Assembly: GCA_951406725.2 (NCBI GenBank)
Contig: OX597842.1
Location: 19,220,001 to 19,284,000, forward strand
DNA: 64,000 bases
Source: Octopus vulgaris
Lineage: Eukaryota
Direction: 5' to 3'
Part shown: one piece after another, positions 1 through 12,518 of the stretch
How the letters are laid out: the number at the start of each line of letters is the position of its first letter
Position numbering within the stretch: position 1 is the first letter of the stretch
The notes under the pieces: generated by a model
Told to the model about the DNA's origin: nothing
The model's input: the letters and a program-made list of their open reading frames with translations, nothing else
Database searches by the model: none
Translations under genes and position numbers: made by a program

Positions 1-46
<46 letters not shown>

Positions 47-74
47 AAGTTGGTTTGTGAAAGCACGTGGTTGA

Positions 75-619
<545 letters not shown>

Positions 620-710
620 CAATAATAATCTCTAAAAGGGATATAGACAGTAACTGCTCGATAACATAAGGGACTAAAGCCATCTGAATATGGCTAGGGA
701 CAGGGCAGGG

Positions 711-818
711 TGGTGGGGTGTTACTGTTGCATTTACATCGACGTCACCGACGGTATCGAGCCTTTCTGGTGACGTCGATGTTCGCCTGGGGCTAAATGCA
801 ACAGTAACACCCCCACCA
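711..818. other. GC-rich nested hairpin element between (TA)n tracts
   Basis: TGGTGGGGTGTTACTGTTGCATTTA pairs with TAAATGCAACAGTAACACCCCCACCA; the inner CATCGACGTCACC pairs with GGTGACGTCGATG. Confidence 0.75.
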
Positions 819-828
819 ACTGGTCCCT

Positions 829-901
<73 letters not shown>

Positions 902-1107
902 TTATATATATATCTATATATGTATGTATGTATATATATATATATATTTACATCAATTATGCATTGATATAAACCGTCTAATAAAAGCCAGAAACATATG
1001 TACCGCTAAATCCTTTGCATCATGTTTTTATTTTGATAAATATACTCTATCACCTACACCACTAAATGGCATATACAGGTGCTTACAATTATCAAGTAGT
1101 CACCCTG

Positions 1108-1222
<115 letters not shown>

Positions 1223-1246
1223 TAAATATCTATCTATCTATCTATC

Positions 1247-1306
<60 letters not shown>

Positions 1307-1462
1307 AAAGCCATTACTACAAAGAATGTGTCTTCAAGAAAAATCTCAGCAAAAGACCAAAATGTTAAAATAAGCAAGACAAATGAAAATATACGGCGAT
1401 TTGACATCTATGTTTAGCATATAGGCTATCCACTTTTAGTGGTCAGTCCTCTATATATATAC

Positions 1463-1677
1463 TCTATTACTCTTTTACTTGTTTCAGTCATTTGACTGCG
1501 GCCATGCTGGAGCACTGCCTTTAGTCGAGCAACTCGACCCCGGGACTTATTCTTTTTTTGTAAGCCCAGTACTTATTCCATCGGTCTCTTTGGCCGAACC
1601 GCTAAGTGACGGGGACGTAAACACACCAGCATCGGTTGTCAAGCAATGCTAGGGGGACAAACACAGACACACAAACA

Positions 1678-1723
<46 letters not shown>

Positions 1724-2065
1724 TACATAATACAATGGGCTTCTTTCAGTTTCCGTCTACCAAATCCACTCACAAGGCTTTGTTCGGCCTGAGGCTATAG
1801 TAGAAGACACTTGCCCAAGGTGCCACGCAGTGGGACTGAACCCGGAAACATGTGGTTCGTAAGCAAGCTACTTACCACACAGCCACTCCTGCGCCTATAT
1901 ATATATACGACGGGCTTCTTTCAGTTTCCGTCTACCAAATCCACTCACAAGCCATTGGTCGGCCCGGGACTATAGCAGAAGACACTTGCCCAAGATGCTA
2001 CGCAGTGGGACTGAACCCAGAACCATGTGGTTGGTTAGCAAGCTACTTACCACACAGCCACTCCT
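1463..2065 (-). mobile_element. tRNA-derived SINE (main family) with an extra tandem head
   Basis: Reverse complement of the head GGCGCAGGAGTGGCTGTGTGGTAAG...GGTTCAGTCCCAC (A/B-box-like), an internal (TA)n, and the tail ending GAAACAAGTAAAAGAG. Confidence 0.9.
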
Positions 2066-2304
2066 ATATATATATATATATATACATGCTCACACATGCA
2101 TGCACACACATATATACACGATGTTTCCTTTTATTAGGCAGGTCAATTATTCCTCAATAAAGTCAAAACCCTTGTTCCGTTTTCTGAAAAATTTTTACGG
2201 GGTATGTAAGATAAAGTATCCCATGTCTCGTGTATGTTTTGTCTAAATCAGTGTACATTTAAAATGGAAATGTAGAACAATACATTCGCGGGGTGTTTCT
2301 TTTT

Positions 2305-2500
2305 GTGGCTGTGTGGTAAGTAGCTTGCTTACGAACCACATGGTTCCGGGTTCAGTCTCACTGCGTGGCACATTGGGCAGGTGTCTTCTACTATAGCCTC
2401 GGGCCGACCAAAGCCTTGTGAGTGGATTTGGTAGACGGAAACTGAAAGAAGCCTACCATATAGGCGCAGGAGTGGCTGTGTGGTAAGTAGCTTCCTAACC
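2305..2500 (+). mobile_element. SINE head plus the start of a second head that is interrupted by the 2501-4757 insertion
   Basis: Matches the head consensus; the second head stops at ...AAGTAGCTTCCTAACC and resumes at 4758. Confidence 0.85.
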
Positions 2501-2535
2501 TCTGAACTGTTCAGACGTGTTTTTTTGCTGCTCCA

Positions 2536-2931
2536 GATGTCGCGTGTTAAAACGTGAATTGTTGAACTTTTGACTCGACTAAAGGTAGGAATTTTGTATT
2601 TTTGTGGGCGAAGTGAAGTTTTATTACTTGCATGAATGTTTTTTAAGCATTTAAAATTTTTAGCAGATAATAAGGCTCCACTTTGCTCCGGATATAATTT
2701 TTCTGCCTGTGTCGAGTGAAAAGAAATTGTATTGATGTCGCGTTGTTTCAACGTGAATTGTTGAACGTTCGAATCGACTACGGGTAGGCGTTTTATGTTT
2801 TCGCGAGTTTAGTGAAGTTTTATTACTTGCATGAATGTTTTTTAGCATTTAATATTTTTAGCAGATAATAAGGCTCCACTTTGCTCCGGATATAATTTTT
2901 CTGCCTGTGTCGAGTGAAAAGAAACTGTATT
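2536..2931 (+). repeat. Two tandem ~198-bp monomers in the element's 5' region
   Basis: GATGTCGCGT...GTCGAGTGAAAAGAAA(T/C)TGTATT at 2536 and 2734. Confidence 0.9.
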
Positions 2932-3259
2932 TTTGAAGCGGCATAGTCCGTCTGAAGAAATTATTGTTGAAATTGTCGTTGTGTTGTCCACGGATTACCA
3001 AGGATTATTTACCAAGGGTTTTACCAACAGTGCATTTGGCCTGGATTACAATTTTTGGCCGAAGAAGTGGAAAAAAAAAAAAAAAAAAAGAACTGAATTC
3101 CTTTGTCTGAATTGAACTCTCTTTCTCTGTCTATTATTTATTTGTAAAAACTTTTTTGAACTGCCATTTTCAATTTTATTTCTTCCCTTCTGTTGCATTT
3201 TCACTCTCCTTTCTGTGTCTAATTTTAGTTTACCATTTTGAACTGTTGTATTTTACGTT

Positions 3260-4455
3260 ATGGCACAGGCAAAGAAATTCACTGTGTGGGAGTTAACACC
3301 TCCCAAAAAATATTTGCACGAACTCGACGAAAGAACCGTGGTGCTGAGGACATATTCAAAGTCACTCGACACCATAATGGTTTTTCCGAGAGACACCATT
3401 GTGAACGAGCTGGCAGACTATATGCCAGCCGTTAAACATATTCAACGGGAGTCAAATACGCAACGGTATGGTTGCTATTTGACTCCGCTGAAGCAGCTTG
3501 CAAATTTGCAAGCCAGCCCATTGAGGGCGATGAGATTCTGTTTCTCCCCAGTTACAAGGGGGAAAAATTGTTACGTTTATGGGTCTGTGGCCTGCCGCCC
3601 GGCTTTGAGCCCGAGTGGGTGGAAGATTCCATCCGCCGGGGTCTGAGCGGTGGTAGCGCCAAGATCCTGAATGTGAAAATGCAGCCTGCGGCTAACTGGG
3701 AAGGAGGAAAGGCTACCTTGACTCTGTGGACCCTGTCGGCCAAGAGTCTGGTTTTGCCAGACTTCCTGAAGATGGCCGGATCCAAGTATCCGGTGATGCT
3801 GGAGGGACGCCCCCCCAAGTGTCACCTGTGCTCGGAGACCGGCCATATTAAGAAAAACTGCTCCAGGAACCAGAGTAGGATCCTGGAGAAGTTAATATTA
3901 GAGCCTCTCCCTGCCTCACCAATGGAGGGAGAGAAACAAAGCGGCGAGGAGGGGGAAAAACCCTCCGCCAAAAGAAAAAAAAGAGTGGGAAGCAATGGCG
4001 ACCCACAAAAGGAACCGGAGGCTGCGGAAGAAAAAGAGGACCCGGTGCGTATAGCACCGGAACCTCAACCTCCCGAGGCCCAGCGTAAAAGGAAAAAGAA
4101 AAAGAGGAACGGGACGCCGCCAGCTGACTGTAACACCCAGAAGGCGCCTCCCAGGTGTCCTCCGGCGATTGTAATGCCGGACAAATTTTATGTAGTCCTC
4201 TTCCATAAAGGAGGCACTATAGAAAACGAAATACGTAAGAGGAGGAAGAGAAACGAATGGGAGGGACTTCGGTCCTGCATGGAGCATCCCGAGTGGCCTT
4301 CGCAGCTGGCTGCGGAGGTCCTACTCGAAAATGATATGTGCAGGATCGAGAATTCTTTCCCGGAGGATCTCTTGCAAGTCATACCAGTATGCGGAAGCCT
4401 GTCGATGGACGATTGCGTCATTAAAGCAAAAGAGTTCATCGGTCAGGTAACGTAA
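3260..4455 (+). CDS. ORF1p/gag-like nucleic-acid-binding protein (RRM-like region + CCHC zinc knuckle), ~398 aa with one frameshift near 3447
   Basis: MAQAKK.. joins the ..VKYATVWLLFDSAEAA frame if one G is restored in CAACGGGAGTC. Has RLWVCGLPPG (RNP-like), CHLCSETGHIKKNC (CX2CX4HX4C) and a basic NLS-like RKRKKKKR. Confidence 0.75.
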
Positions 4456-4757
4456 AATTGTAATTGTGTTACATTGTGACAGAGGTTTATTGCCTCTGAA
4501 GAGACTTTTTAAAAAGTGTAAATTGTAAATTGAAATTTCTGTGAAAATTTTTTGAATTTTTTGTAATTTTTGAAATTTTGTAAATGATTGAAAAAAAAGA
4601 AAAAAAAGAACATTGTTTTAGAGAAGCAAAAGTCGGCGGGCGCTTTCTGACTTCTCCCATCACCATCGTCATTCACCACCACCATCATCCATTAATGTCT
4701 ATGTCCAGCCCGTAGCTACTATCTGTGTACTGCCCTTGTGGCAAATTAGATGAAATA

Positions 4758-4906
4758 AAGTAGCTTGTTTACCAACCACATGGTTCCGGGTTCAGTCCCA
4801 CTGCATGGCACCTTGGGCAAGTGTCTTCTACTTTAGCCTCGGGCCAACCAAAGCCTTGTGAGTGGATTTGGTAGACGGAAACTGAAAGAAACCCGTTGTA
4901 TATATG

Positions 4907-4937
<31 letters not shown>

Positions 4938-5508
4938 ATGTTTGGGTATCTGTGTTTGTCTCCCTAGCATTACTTGACAACCGATGCAGCTGTGTTTATT
5001 TCCCCATCAGGTGCAGGAGTGGCTGTGTGGTAGGTAGCTTGTTTACCAACTGCATGGTTCCGGGTTCAGTCCCACTGCATGGCACATTGGGCAGGTGTCT
5101 TCTACTATAGCCTCGGACCAACCAAAGCCTTGTGAGTGGATTTGGTAGACGGAAACTGAAAGCCTAGCCATATAGGCGCAGGAGTGGCTGTGTGGTAAGT
5201 AGCTTGTTTACCAACCACATGGTTCCGGGTTCAGTCCCACTGCATGGCACCTTGGGCAAGTGTCTTCTACTTTAGCCTCGGGCCAACCAAAGCCTTGTGA
5301 GTGGATTTGGTAGACGGAAACTGAAAGAAGCCTGTCGTATATAGGCGCAGGAGAGGCTGTGTGGTAAGTAGCTTGCTTACAAACCACATGGTTCTGGGTT
5401 CAATCCCACTGCATGGCACCTTGGGCAAGTGTCTTCTACTTTGGCCTTACCTGGGCCGACCAAAGCCTTGTGAGTGGATTTGGTAGACGGAAACTGAAAG
5501 AAGCCCGT

Positions 5509-5578
<70 letters not shown>

Positions 5579-5805
5579 TGTTTGTGTGTCTGTGTTTGTC
5601 CCACTAGCATTGCTTGACAACCGATGCTGGTGTGTTTATGTCCCCGTCACTTAGCGGTTCGGCAAAAAGAGACCGATAGAATAAGTACTGGGCTTACAAA
5701 AAAAGAATAAGTCCCGGGGTCGAGTTGCTCGATTAAAGGCGGTGCTCCAGCATGGCCGCAGTCGAATGACTGAAACAAGTAAAAGAGGAAAAGAGTAAAG
5801 AGTAA
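4758..5805 (+). mobile_element. Multimeric SINE cluster (four head units, two tails)
   Basis: Heads at ~4758, 5009, 5174 and 5343; full tail at 5575-5805. Confidence 0.9.
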
Positions 5806-6055
5806 GTTAACACGATACTGGTTTTCTTTGTGTGATGTGATGTTGAAATATTTGTTTTGCCTTTTTTTTTTTTCTCATAATTTCAGATACAGAAAATATA
5901 GAATTAGGTCGAAGTACAGGAGAAGAAAGAAACAGTAAAACTACTGGGAAAAGCGCATACAACAATAGCATTTTCTGAAAAGCTAAATAGAGATCACTGA
6001 ACAATAAAGGTGAGAATAAAGAAGAGAAATGATTTCAAATACTTTCGGTTTGAAC

Positions 6056-6315
6056 GGCAGTGGCTGTGTGGTAAGTAGCTTGCTAACCAACCACATGGTT
6101 CCGGGTTCAGTCAAACTGCATGGCATCTTGGGCAAGTGTCTTCTGCTATAGCCCCGGGCTGACCAATGCCTTGTGAGTGGATTTGGTAGACGGAAACTGA
6201 AAGAAGCCTGTCGTATATATGTATATATATATATATATATATATGTGTGTTTGTGTGTCTGTGTTTGTCCCCCTAGCATTGCTTGACAACCGATGCTGGT
6301 GTGTTTATGTCCCTG
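6056..6315 (+). mobile_element. SINE, 3'-truncated
   Basis: Head consensus, (TA)n(TG)n and a partial tail. Confidence 0.85.
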
Positions 6316-8024
6316 TTGAGGAAATTTCAACCATGGGTAATTGACACACATCAAGAAATTTTCTCAAATTTTCCACTTCTCATGAGGATTCTAAGACCCC
6401 CTAAGGGGCGTTAACTCCCAAATTTTAGTCTTTTTTTATGATCCAAAACTACGTCAAAAGTACTGAATGGATCTTTATGAAATTTGGAAATTATATTCTA
6501 TGCATAAGGGTCATAACCCCCATGACAATTCATATCTTTTTGCTGTTGATGAAATTTTAACCATAGATATTAGACACAAATGAAGTAATATTTATAAAAT
6601 TTCATCTTATTACAAGTTAGAAAGGCCCCTTCATGGGGACTTAACACCCACAATTTAGTCATTTTATCTAAGCAAAGACGAATACAGTTGTACTCTTGGA
6701 AGCTGTAGGGTCACCAAAGCATAAAAGATGAGCATAATTCAATGGTACAACAGTGTAAGAGTTTGCTTTGACATACACTTACATTGTGATTTCTGCAATG
6801 TGGTGCATAAATTGTCAAGTAAATGAGAGGCATCTTTGCCTCCACTGAGTCAATTGCAAAGTGTTGAGTAAAGTTATTTGGTTGCAGACCTCCTTTCATT
6901 CTTTTTATTATCACTGGGTTACACAGAGTCCCCAGAGGGTAACATTGATTTCAAGGCCTTCCCAGATGAGTGACTGGTTATTGAAAGACATTTATAGATT
7001 GTAAATTTTTTCTGTCCAGTTACCTATCAGTATAGTGGTCATTTGCAAACTCCAGAGGTGACACTTTCATTTCTCCTTAGCCCTCACATCACACAGTTGT
7101 TAATGCTTATTTCAATTGGGTCACACTCTTCCAATTGCTATAGATTTGTAATGCATTTTACCGCTTTGCCTGTCACCTGTATGGTGAGGAATCCTACACT
7201 GCAGAGTGGTAACAACTAGGGTAGGGTTTCCTGTAGTTTTGTTCTCTTTTACAAACCCTGTGAACATATATTTCCTATTTCAAAGAAACCCGAACAATAG
7301 ATATAAGACCCAAGTTAAAAAGATTCTCAACAATTCAACTTCTCTGGTTGACATTAAGACACCCACCCCCAATAGGAGTCTTAACTCACACATTTTAGAG
7401 CTCCATGACCTCCATTTTTCAGGAGCAAAATCCTTTTAACAGGTTCTATAAGAGTGGAATTTTGGAATATGCGCATAAAAATCAGTCGTATGAGATATAT
7501 GTGGCATAATTAAAATATTTTAAGGTGTGTAATGAGGGAAAAAACCCTCATCTGCAAGACAGTAATATAAGACACACACATGCTCTCTCTCTCTCTCACT
7601 TTCTCCTCATCCATCACCCTCTTGTACTGTCTTATGTCCTTCCCCACCACTACAAACTCAATAACACTATAAAATGGTCAAAACTCCTCACACAGGAACT
7701 TAGAACTTAAATTGATTTGAAAACCCCACTAGAATGGGAGAAAGCGCTAACACATGATCTAAGTTACATGATGTATAAAAAATGTAATATACAAATAAAT
7801 ATCTGTAAATATAAACCATCCGATTTTCTGAGTACCTCATTTCTTCTAATATATCTATCTATCTATATATATATATATATACATACATACATACATACAT
7901 ATATATATATACGTTTAAATATTTGTTGTGCAAGATTTTTTATGTGAAGTTTTGTGTTGAAACAGATATTGTTATATTTCGGAATGGTCATATATATAGT
8001 GCGTGTGTTTTTATTCCGAAATAT

Positions 8025-8065
<41 letters not shown>

Positions 8066-8177
8066 CATATATATATGTATGTATGTATATATATATATAA
8101 ATATATATATATATACATATATATATGTATGTATGTATATATATATATATATATATACATATATATATGTGTGTATG

Positions 8178-8212
<35 letters not shown>

Positions 8213-8424
8213 ATATATGTATATATATATATATATATAGACACACACACACATACATACCTCTTTCTACATAACAGCTCAATAACTATTCCACCTGTAT
8301 GAAAATACAAACTGCAGGTATGGAGATGTGATTATCTACTTCGTATATTTCCTATTTAGTACTGGATATGTTTCATTTATGAAGATTCACATGTACTCTC
8401 AGAATCAACCCTTGAAACGATCGT

Positions 8425-8909
8425 TGGCACCTTGGGCAAGTGTCTCTACAATAAACATACTGAGCCTTGTCAGTGGATTTGGTAGACGGAAACTGAAAGA
8501 AGCCCATCGTATATATGTATATATGTGTGTGTGTATATGTTTGTGTGTCTGCGTTTGTCCCCCCAACATCGCTTGACAACCGATGCTGTTGTGTTGACGT
8601 CCCTGTAACTTAGCGGTTCGGCAAAAGATACCGATAGAATAAGTACTAGGCTTACGAAGAATAAGTCTTGGGGTCGATTTGCTCGACTAAAGGCTGTGCT
8701 CCAGCATGGCTGCAGTCAAATGACTAAATCAAGTAAAAGAGTAAAAGAGATAGATACATACATTAACATATACAAACCAACCACATGGCTCCGGGTTCAG
8801 TCCCACTGCGTGTCACCTTGGGCAAGTGTCTTCTACTATAGCCTCGGGCCGACCAAAGTCTTGTGAGTGGATTTGGTAGACGGCAACTGAAAGAAGCCCA
8901 TCGTATATA

Positions 8910-8971
<62 letters not shown>

Positions 8972-9215
8972 TGAATGTCTGTCCCCCCAACATCGCTTGA
9001 CGACCGATGTTGGTGTGTTGACGTCCCTGTAACCAAGCAGTTCGGCAAAAGCGACAGATACATACATTAACATATACAAACCAACCACATGGCTCTGGGT
9101 TCAGTCCCACTGCGTGTCACCTTGGGCAAGTGTCTTCTACTATAGCCTCGGGCCGACCAAAGTCTTGTGAGTGGATTTGGTAGACGGCAACTGAAAGAAG
9201 CCCATCGTATATATG

Positions 9216-9251
<36 letters not shown>

Positions 9252-9327
9252 TGAATGTTTGTCCCCCCAACATCGCTTGACAACCGATGCTGGTGTGTTG
9301 ACGTCCCCCAGTTCGGCAAAAGCGACC
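8425..9327 (+). mobile_element. Three SINE copies; the last two form a ~303-bp tandem duplication leading into the satellite
   Basis: GATACATACATTAACATATACAAACCAACCACATGG occurs at ~8753 and ~9057. Confidence 0.85.
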
Positions 9328-12300
9328 GATAAAATAAGTACTAGGCTTATGAAGAATGAGTCCTGGGGTCGATTTGCTCGACTAAAGGCAGTGCTCCAGC
9401 ATGGCCGCAGTCAAATGACTGAAACGAGTAAAAGAGTAAAAGAGTATGGTACCAAAATCTCTTTTTAAATAAACTTAGCAGTTTGGCAGAAGTGACTGAT
9501 AAAATAAGTACTAGGCTTATGAAGAATGAGTCCCGGGGTCGATTTGCTCGACTAAAGGCGGTGCTCCAGCATGGCCGCAGTGAAATGACTGAAACGAGTA
9601 AAAGAGTAAAAGAGTATGGTACCAAAATCTCTTTTTAAATAAACTTAGCAGTTTGGCAGAAGTGACTGATAAAATAAGTACTAGGCTTATGAAGAATGAG
9701 TCCCGGGGTCGATTTGCTCGACTAAAGGCGGTGCTCCAGCATGGCCGCAGTCAAATGACTGAAACGAGTAAAAGAGTAAACGAGTATGGTACCAAAATCT
9801 CTTTTTAAATAAACTTAGCAGTTTGGCAGAAGTGACTGATAAAATAAGTACTAGGCTTATGAAGAATGAGTCCCGGGGTCGATTTGCTCGACTAAAGGCG
9901 GTGCTCCAGCATGGCCACAGTCAAATGACTGAAACGAGTAAAAGAGTAAAAGAGTATGGTACCAAAATCTCTTTTTAAATAAACTTAGCAGTTTGGCAGA
10001 AGTGACTGATAAAATAAGTACTAGGCTTATGAAGAATGAGTCCCGGGGTCGATTTGCTCGACTAAAGGCGGTGCTCCAGCATGGCCGCAGTCAAATGACT
10101 GAAACGAGTAAAAGAGTAAACGAGTATGGTACCAAAATCTCTTTTTAAATAAACTTAGCAGTTTGGCAGAAGTGACTGATAAAATAAGTACTAGGCTTAT
10201 GAAGAATGAGTCCCGGGGTCGATTTGCTCGACTAAAGGCGGTGCTCCAGCATGGCCGCAGTCAAATGACTGAAACGAGTAAAAGAGTAAAAGAGTATGGT
10301 ACCAAAATCTCTTTTTAAATAAACTTAGCAGTTTGGCAGAAGTGACTGATAAAATAAGTACTAGGCTTATGAAGAATGAGTCCCGGGGTCGATTTGCTCG
10401 ACTAAAGGCGGTGCTCCAGCATGGCCGCAGTCAAATGACTGAAACGAGTAAAAGAGTAAACGAGTATGGTACCAAAATCTCTTTTTAAATAAACTTAGCA
10501 GTTTGGCAGAAGTGACTGATAAAATAAGTACTAGGCTTATGAAGAATGAGTCCCGGGGTCGATTTGCTCGACTAAAGGCGGTGCTCCAGCATGGCCACAG
10601 TCAAATGACTGAAACGAGTAAAAGAGTAAAAGAGTATGGTACCAAAATCTCTTTTTAAATAAACTTAGCAGTTTGGCAGAAGTGACTGATAAAATAAGTA
10701 CTAGGCTTATGAAGAATGAGTCCCGGGGTCGATTTGCTCGACTAAAGGCGGTGCTCCAGCATGGCCACAGTCAAATGACTGAAACGAGTAAAAGAGTAAA
10801 CGAGTATGGTACCAAAATCTCTTTTTAAATAAACTTAGCAGTTTGGCAGAAGTGACTGATAAAATAAGTACTAGGCTTATGAAGAATGAGTCCCGGGGTC
10901 GATTTGCTCGACTAAAGGCGGTGCTCCAGCATGGCCACAGTCAAATGACTGAAACGAGTAAAAGAGTAAAAGAGTATGGTACCAAAATCTCTTTTTAAAT
11001 AAACTTAGCAGTTTGGCAGAAGTGACTGATAAAATAAGTACTAGGCTTATGAAGAATGAGTCCCGGGGTCGATTTGCTCGACTAAAGGCGGTGCTCCAGC
11101 ATGGCCGCAGTCAAATGACTGAAACGAGTAAAAGAGTAAACGAGTATGGTACCAAAATCTCTTTTTAAATAAACTTAGCAGTTTGGCAGAAGTGACTGAT
11201 AAAATAAGTACTAGGCTTATGAAGAATGAGTCCCGGGGTCGATTTGCTCGACTAAAGGCGGTGCTCCAGCATGGCCACAGTCAAATGACTGAAACGAGTA
11301 AAAGAGTATGGTACCAAAATCTCTTTTTAAATAAACTTAGCAGTTTGGCAGAAGTGACTGATAAAATAAGTACTAGGCTTATGAAGAATGAGTCCCGGGG
11401 TCGATTTGCTCGACTAAAGGCGGTGCTCCAGCATGGCCGCAGTCAAATGACTGAAACGAGTAAAAGAGTAAACGAGTATGGTACCAAAATCTCTTTTTAA
11501 ATAAACTTAGCAGTTTGGCAGAAGTGACTGATAAAATAAGTACTAGGCTTATGAAGAATGAGTCCCGGGGTCGATTTGCTCGACTAAAGGCGGTGCTCCA
11601 GCATGGCCGCAGTCAAATGACTGAAACGAGTAAAAGAGTAAAAGAGTATGGTACCAAAATCTCTTTTTAAATAAACTTAGCAGTTTGGCAGAAGTGACTG
11701 ATAAAATAAGTACTAGGCTTATGAAGAATGAGTCCCGGGGTCGATTTGCTCGACTAAAGGCGGTGCTCCAGCATGGCCACAGTCAAATGACTGAAACGAG
11801 TAAAAGAGTAAAAGAGTATGGTACCAAAATCTCTTTTTAAATAAACTTAGCAGTTTGGCAGAAGTGACTGATAAAATAAGTACTAGGCTTATGAAGAATG
11901 AGTCCCGGGGTCGATTTGCTCGACTAAAGGCGGTGCTCCAGCATGGCCGCAGTCAAATGACTGAAACGAGTAAAAGAGTAAACGAGTATGGTACCAAAAT
12001 CTCTTTTTAAATAAACTTAGCAGTTTGGCAGAAGTGACTGATAAAATAAGTACTAGGCTTATGAAGAATGAGTCCCGGGGTCGATTTGCTCGACTAAAGG
12101 CGGTGCTCCAGCATGGCCGCAGTCAAATGACTGAAACGAGTAAAAGAGTAAACGAGTATGGTACCAAAATCTCTTTTTAAATAAACTTAGCAGTTTGGCA
12201 GAAGTGACTGATAAAATAAGTACTAGGCTTATGAAGAATGAGTCCCGGGGTCGATTTGCTCGACTAAAGGCGGTGCTCCAGCATGGCCGCAGTCAAATGA

Positions 12301-12418
12301 CTGAAACGAGTAAAAGAGTAAACGAGTATGGTACCAAAATCTCTTTTTAAATAAACTTAGCAGTTTGGCAGAAGTGACTGATAAAATAAGTACTAGGCTT
12401 ATGAAGAATGAGTCCCGG
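9328..12418 (+). repeat. 170-bp tandem array (satellite) derived from the SINE 3' tail, at least 18 copies
   Basis: GATAAAATAAGTACTAGG recurs at 9328, 9498, 9668 ... 11198, 11360 (one 162-bp unit) ... 12380, then runs into the gap. Confidence 0.97.
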
Positions 12419-12518
12419 NNNNNNNNNNNNNNNNNNNNNNNNNNNNNNNNNNNNNNNNNNNNNNNNNNNNNNNNNNNNNNNNNNNNNNNNNNNNNNNNNN
12501 NNNNNNNNNNNNNNNNNN
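12419..12518. other. Assembly gap (100 N)
   Basis: N run. Confidence 1.

Larger units (their letters stand above)
2501..4757 (+). mobile_element. ORF1-only non-LTR retroelement (L1/Tx1-type ORF1, no ORF2) inserted in a SINE head
   Basis: Imperfect 16-bp target-site duplication (2485-2500 AAGTAGCTTCCTAACC; 4758-4773 AAGTAGCTTGTTTACC), 5' tandem monomers, a single gag-like ORF and an A-rich 3' end. Confidence 0.7.

Noticed and set aside
5887-6009. Exon-like 123-nt segment with a good acceptor and a GTGAGA donor
   Set aside because: Stops occur in all three frames. It could be a UTR or terminal exon but cannot be linked to a gene
6700-7440. Possible degenerate coding sequence on the minus strand
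   Set aside because: No recognisable motif and many stops
9328-12418. CRISPR-like periodic array
   Set aside because: The whole 170-bp unit is repeated with no unique spacers, there are no cas genes, and the context is eukaryotic
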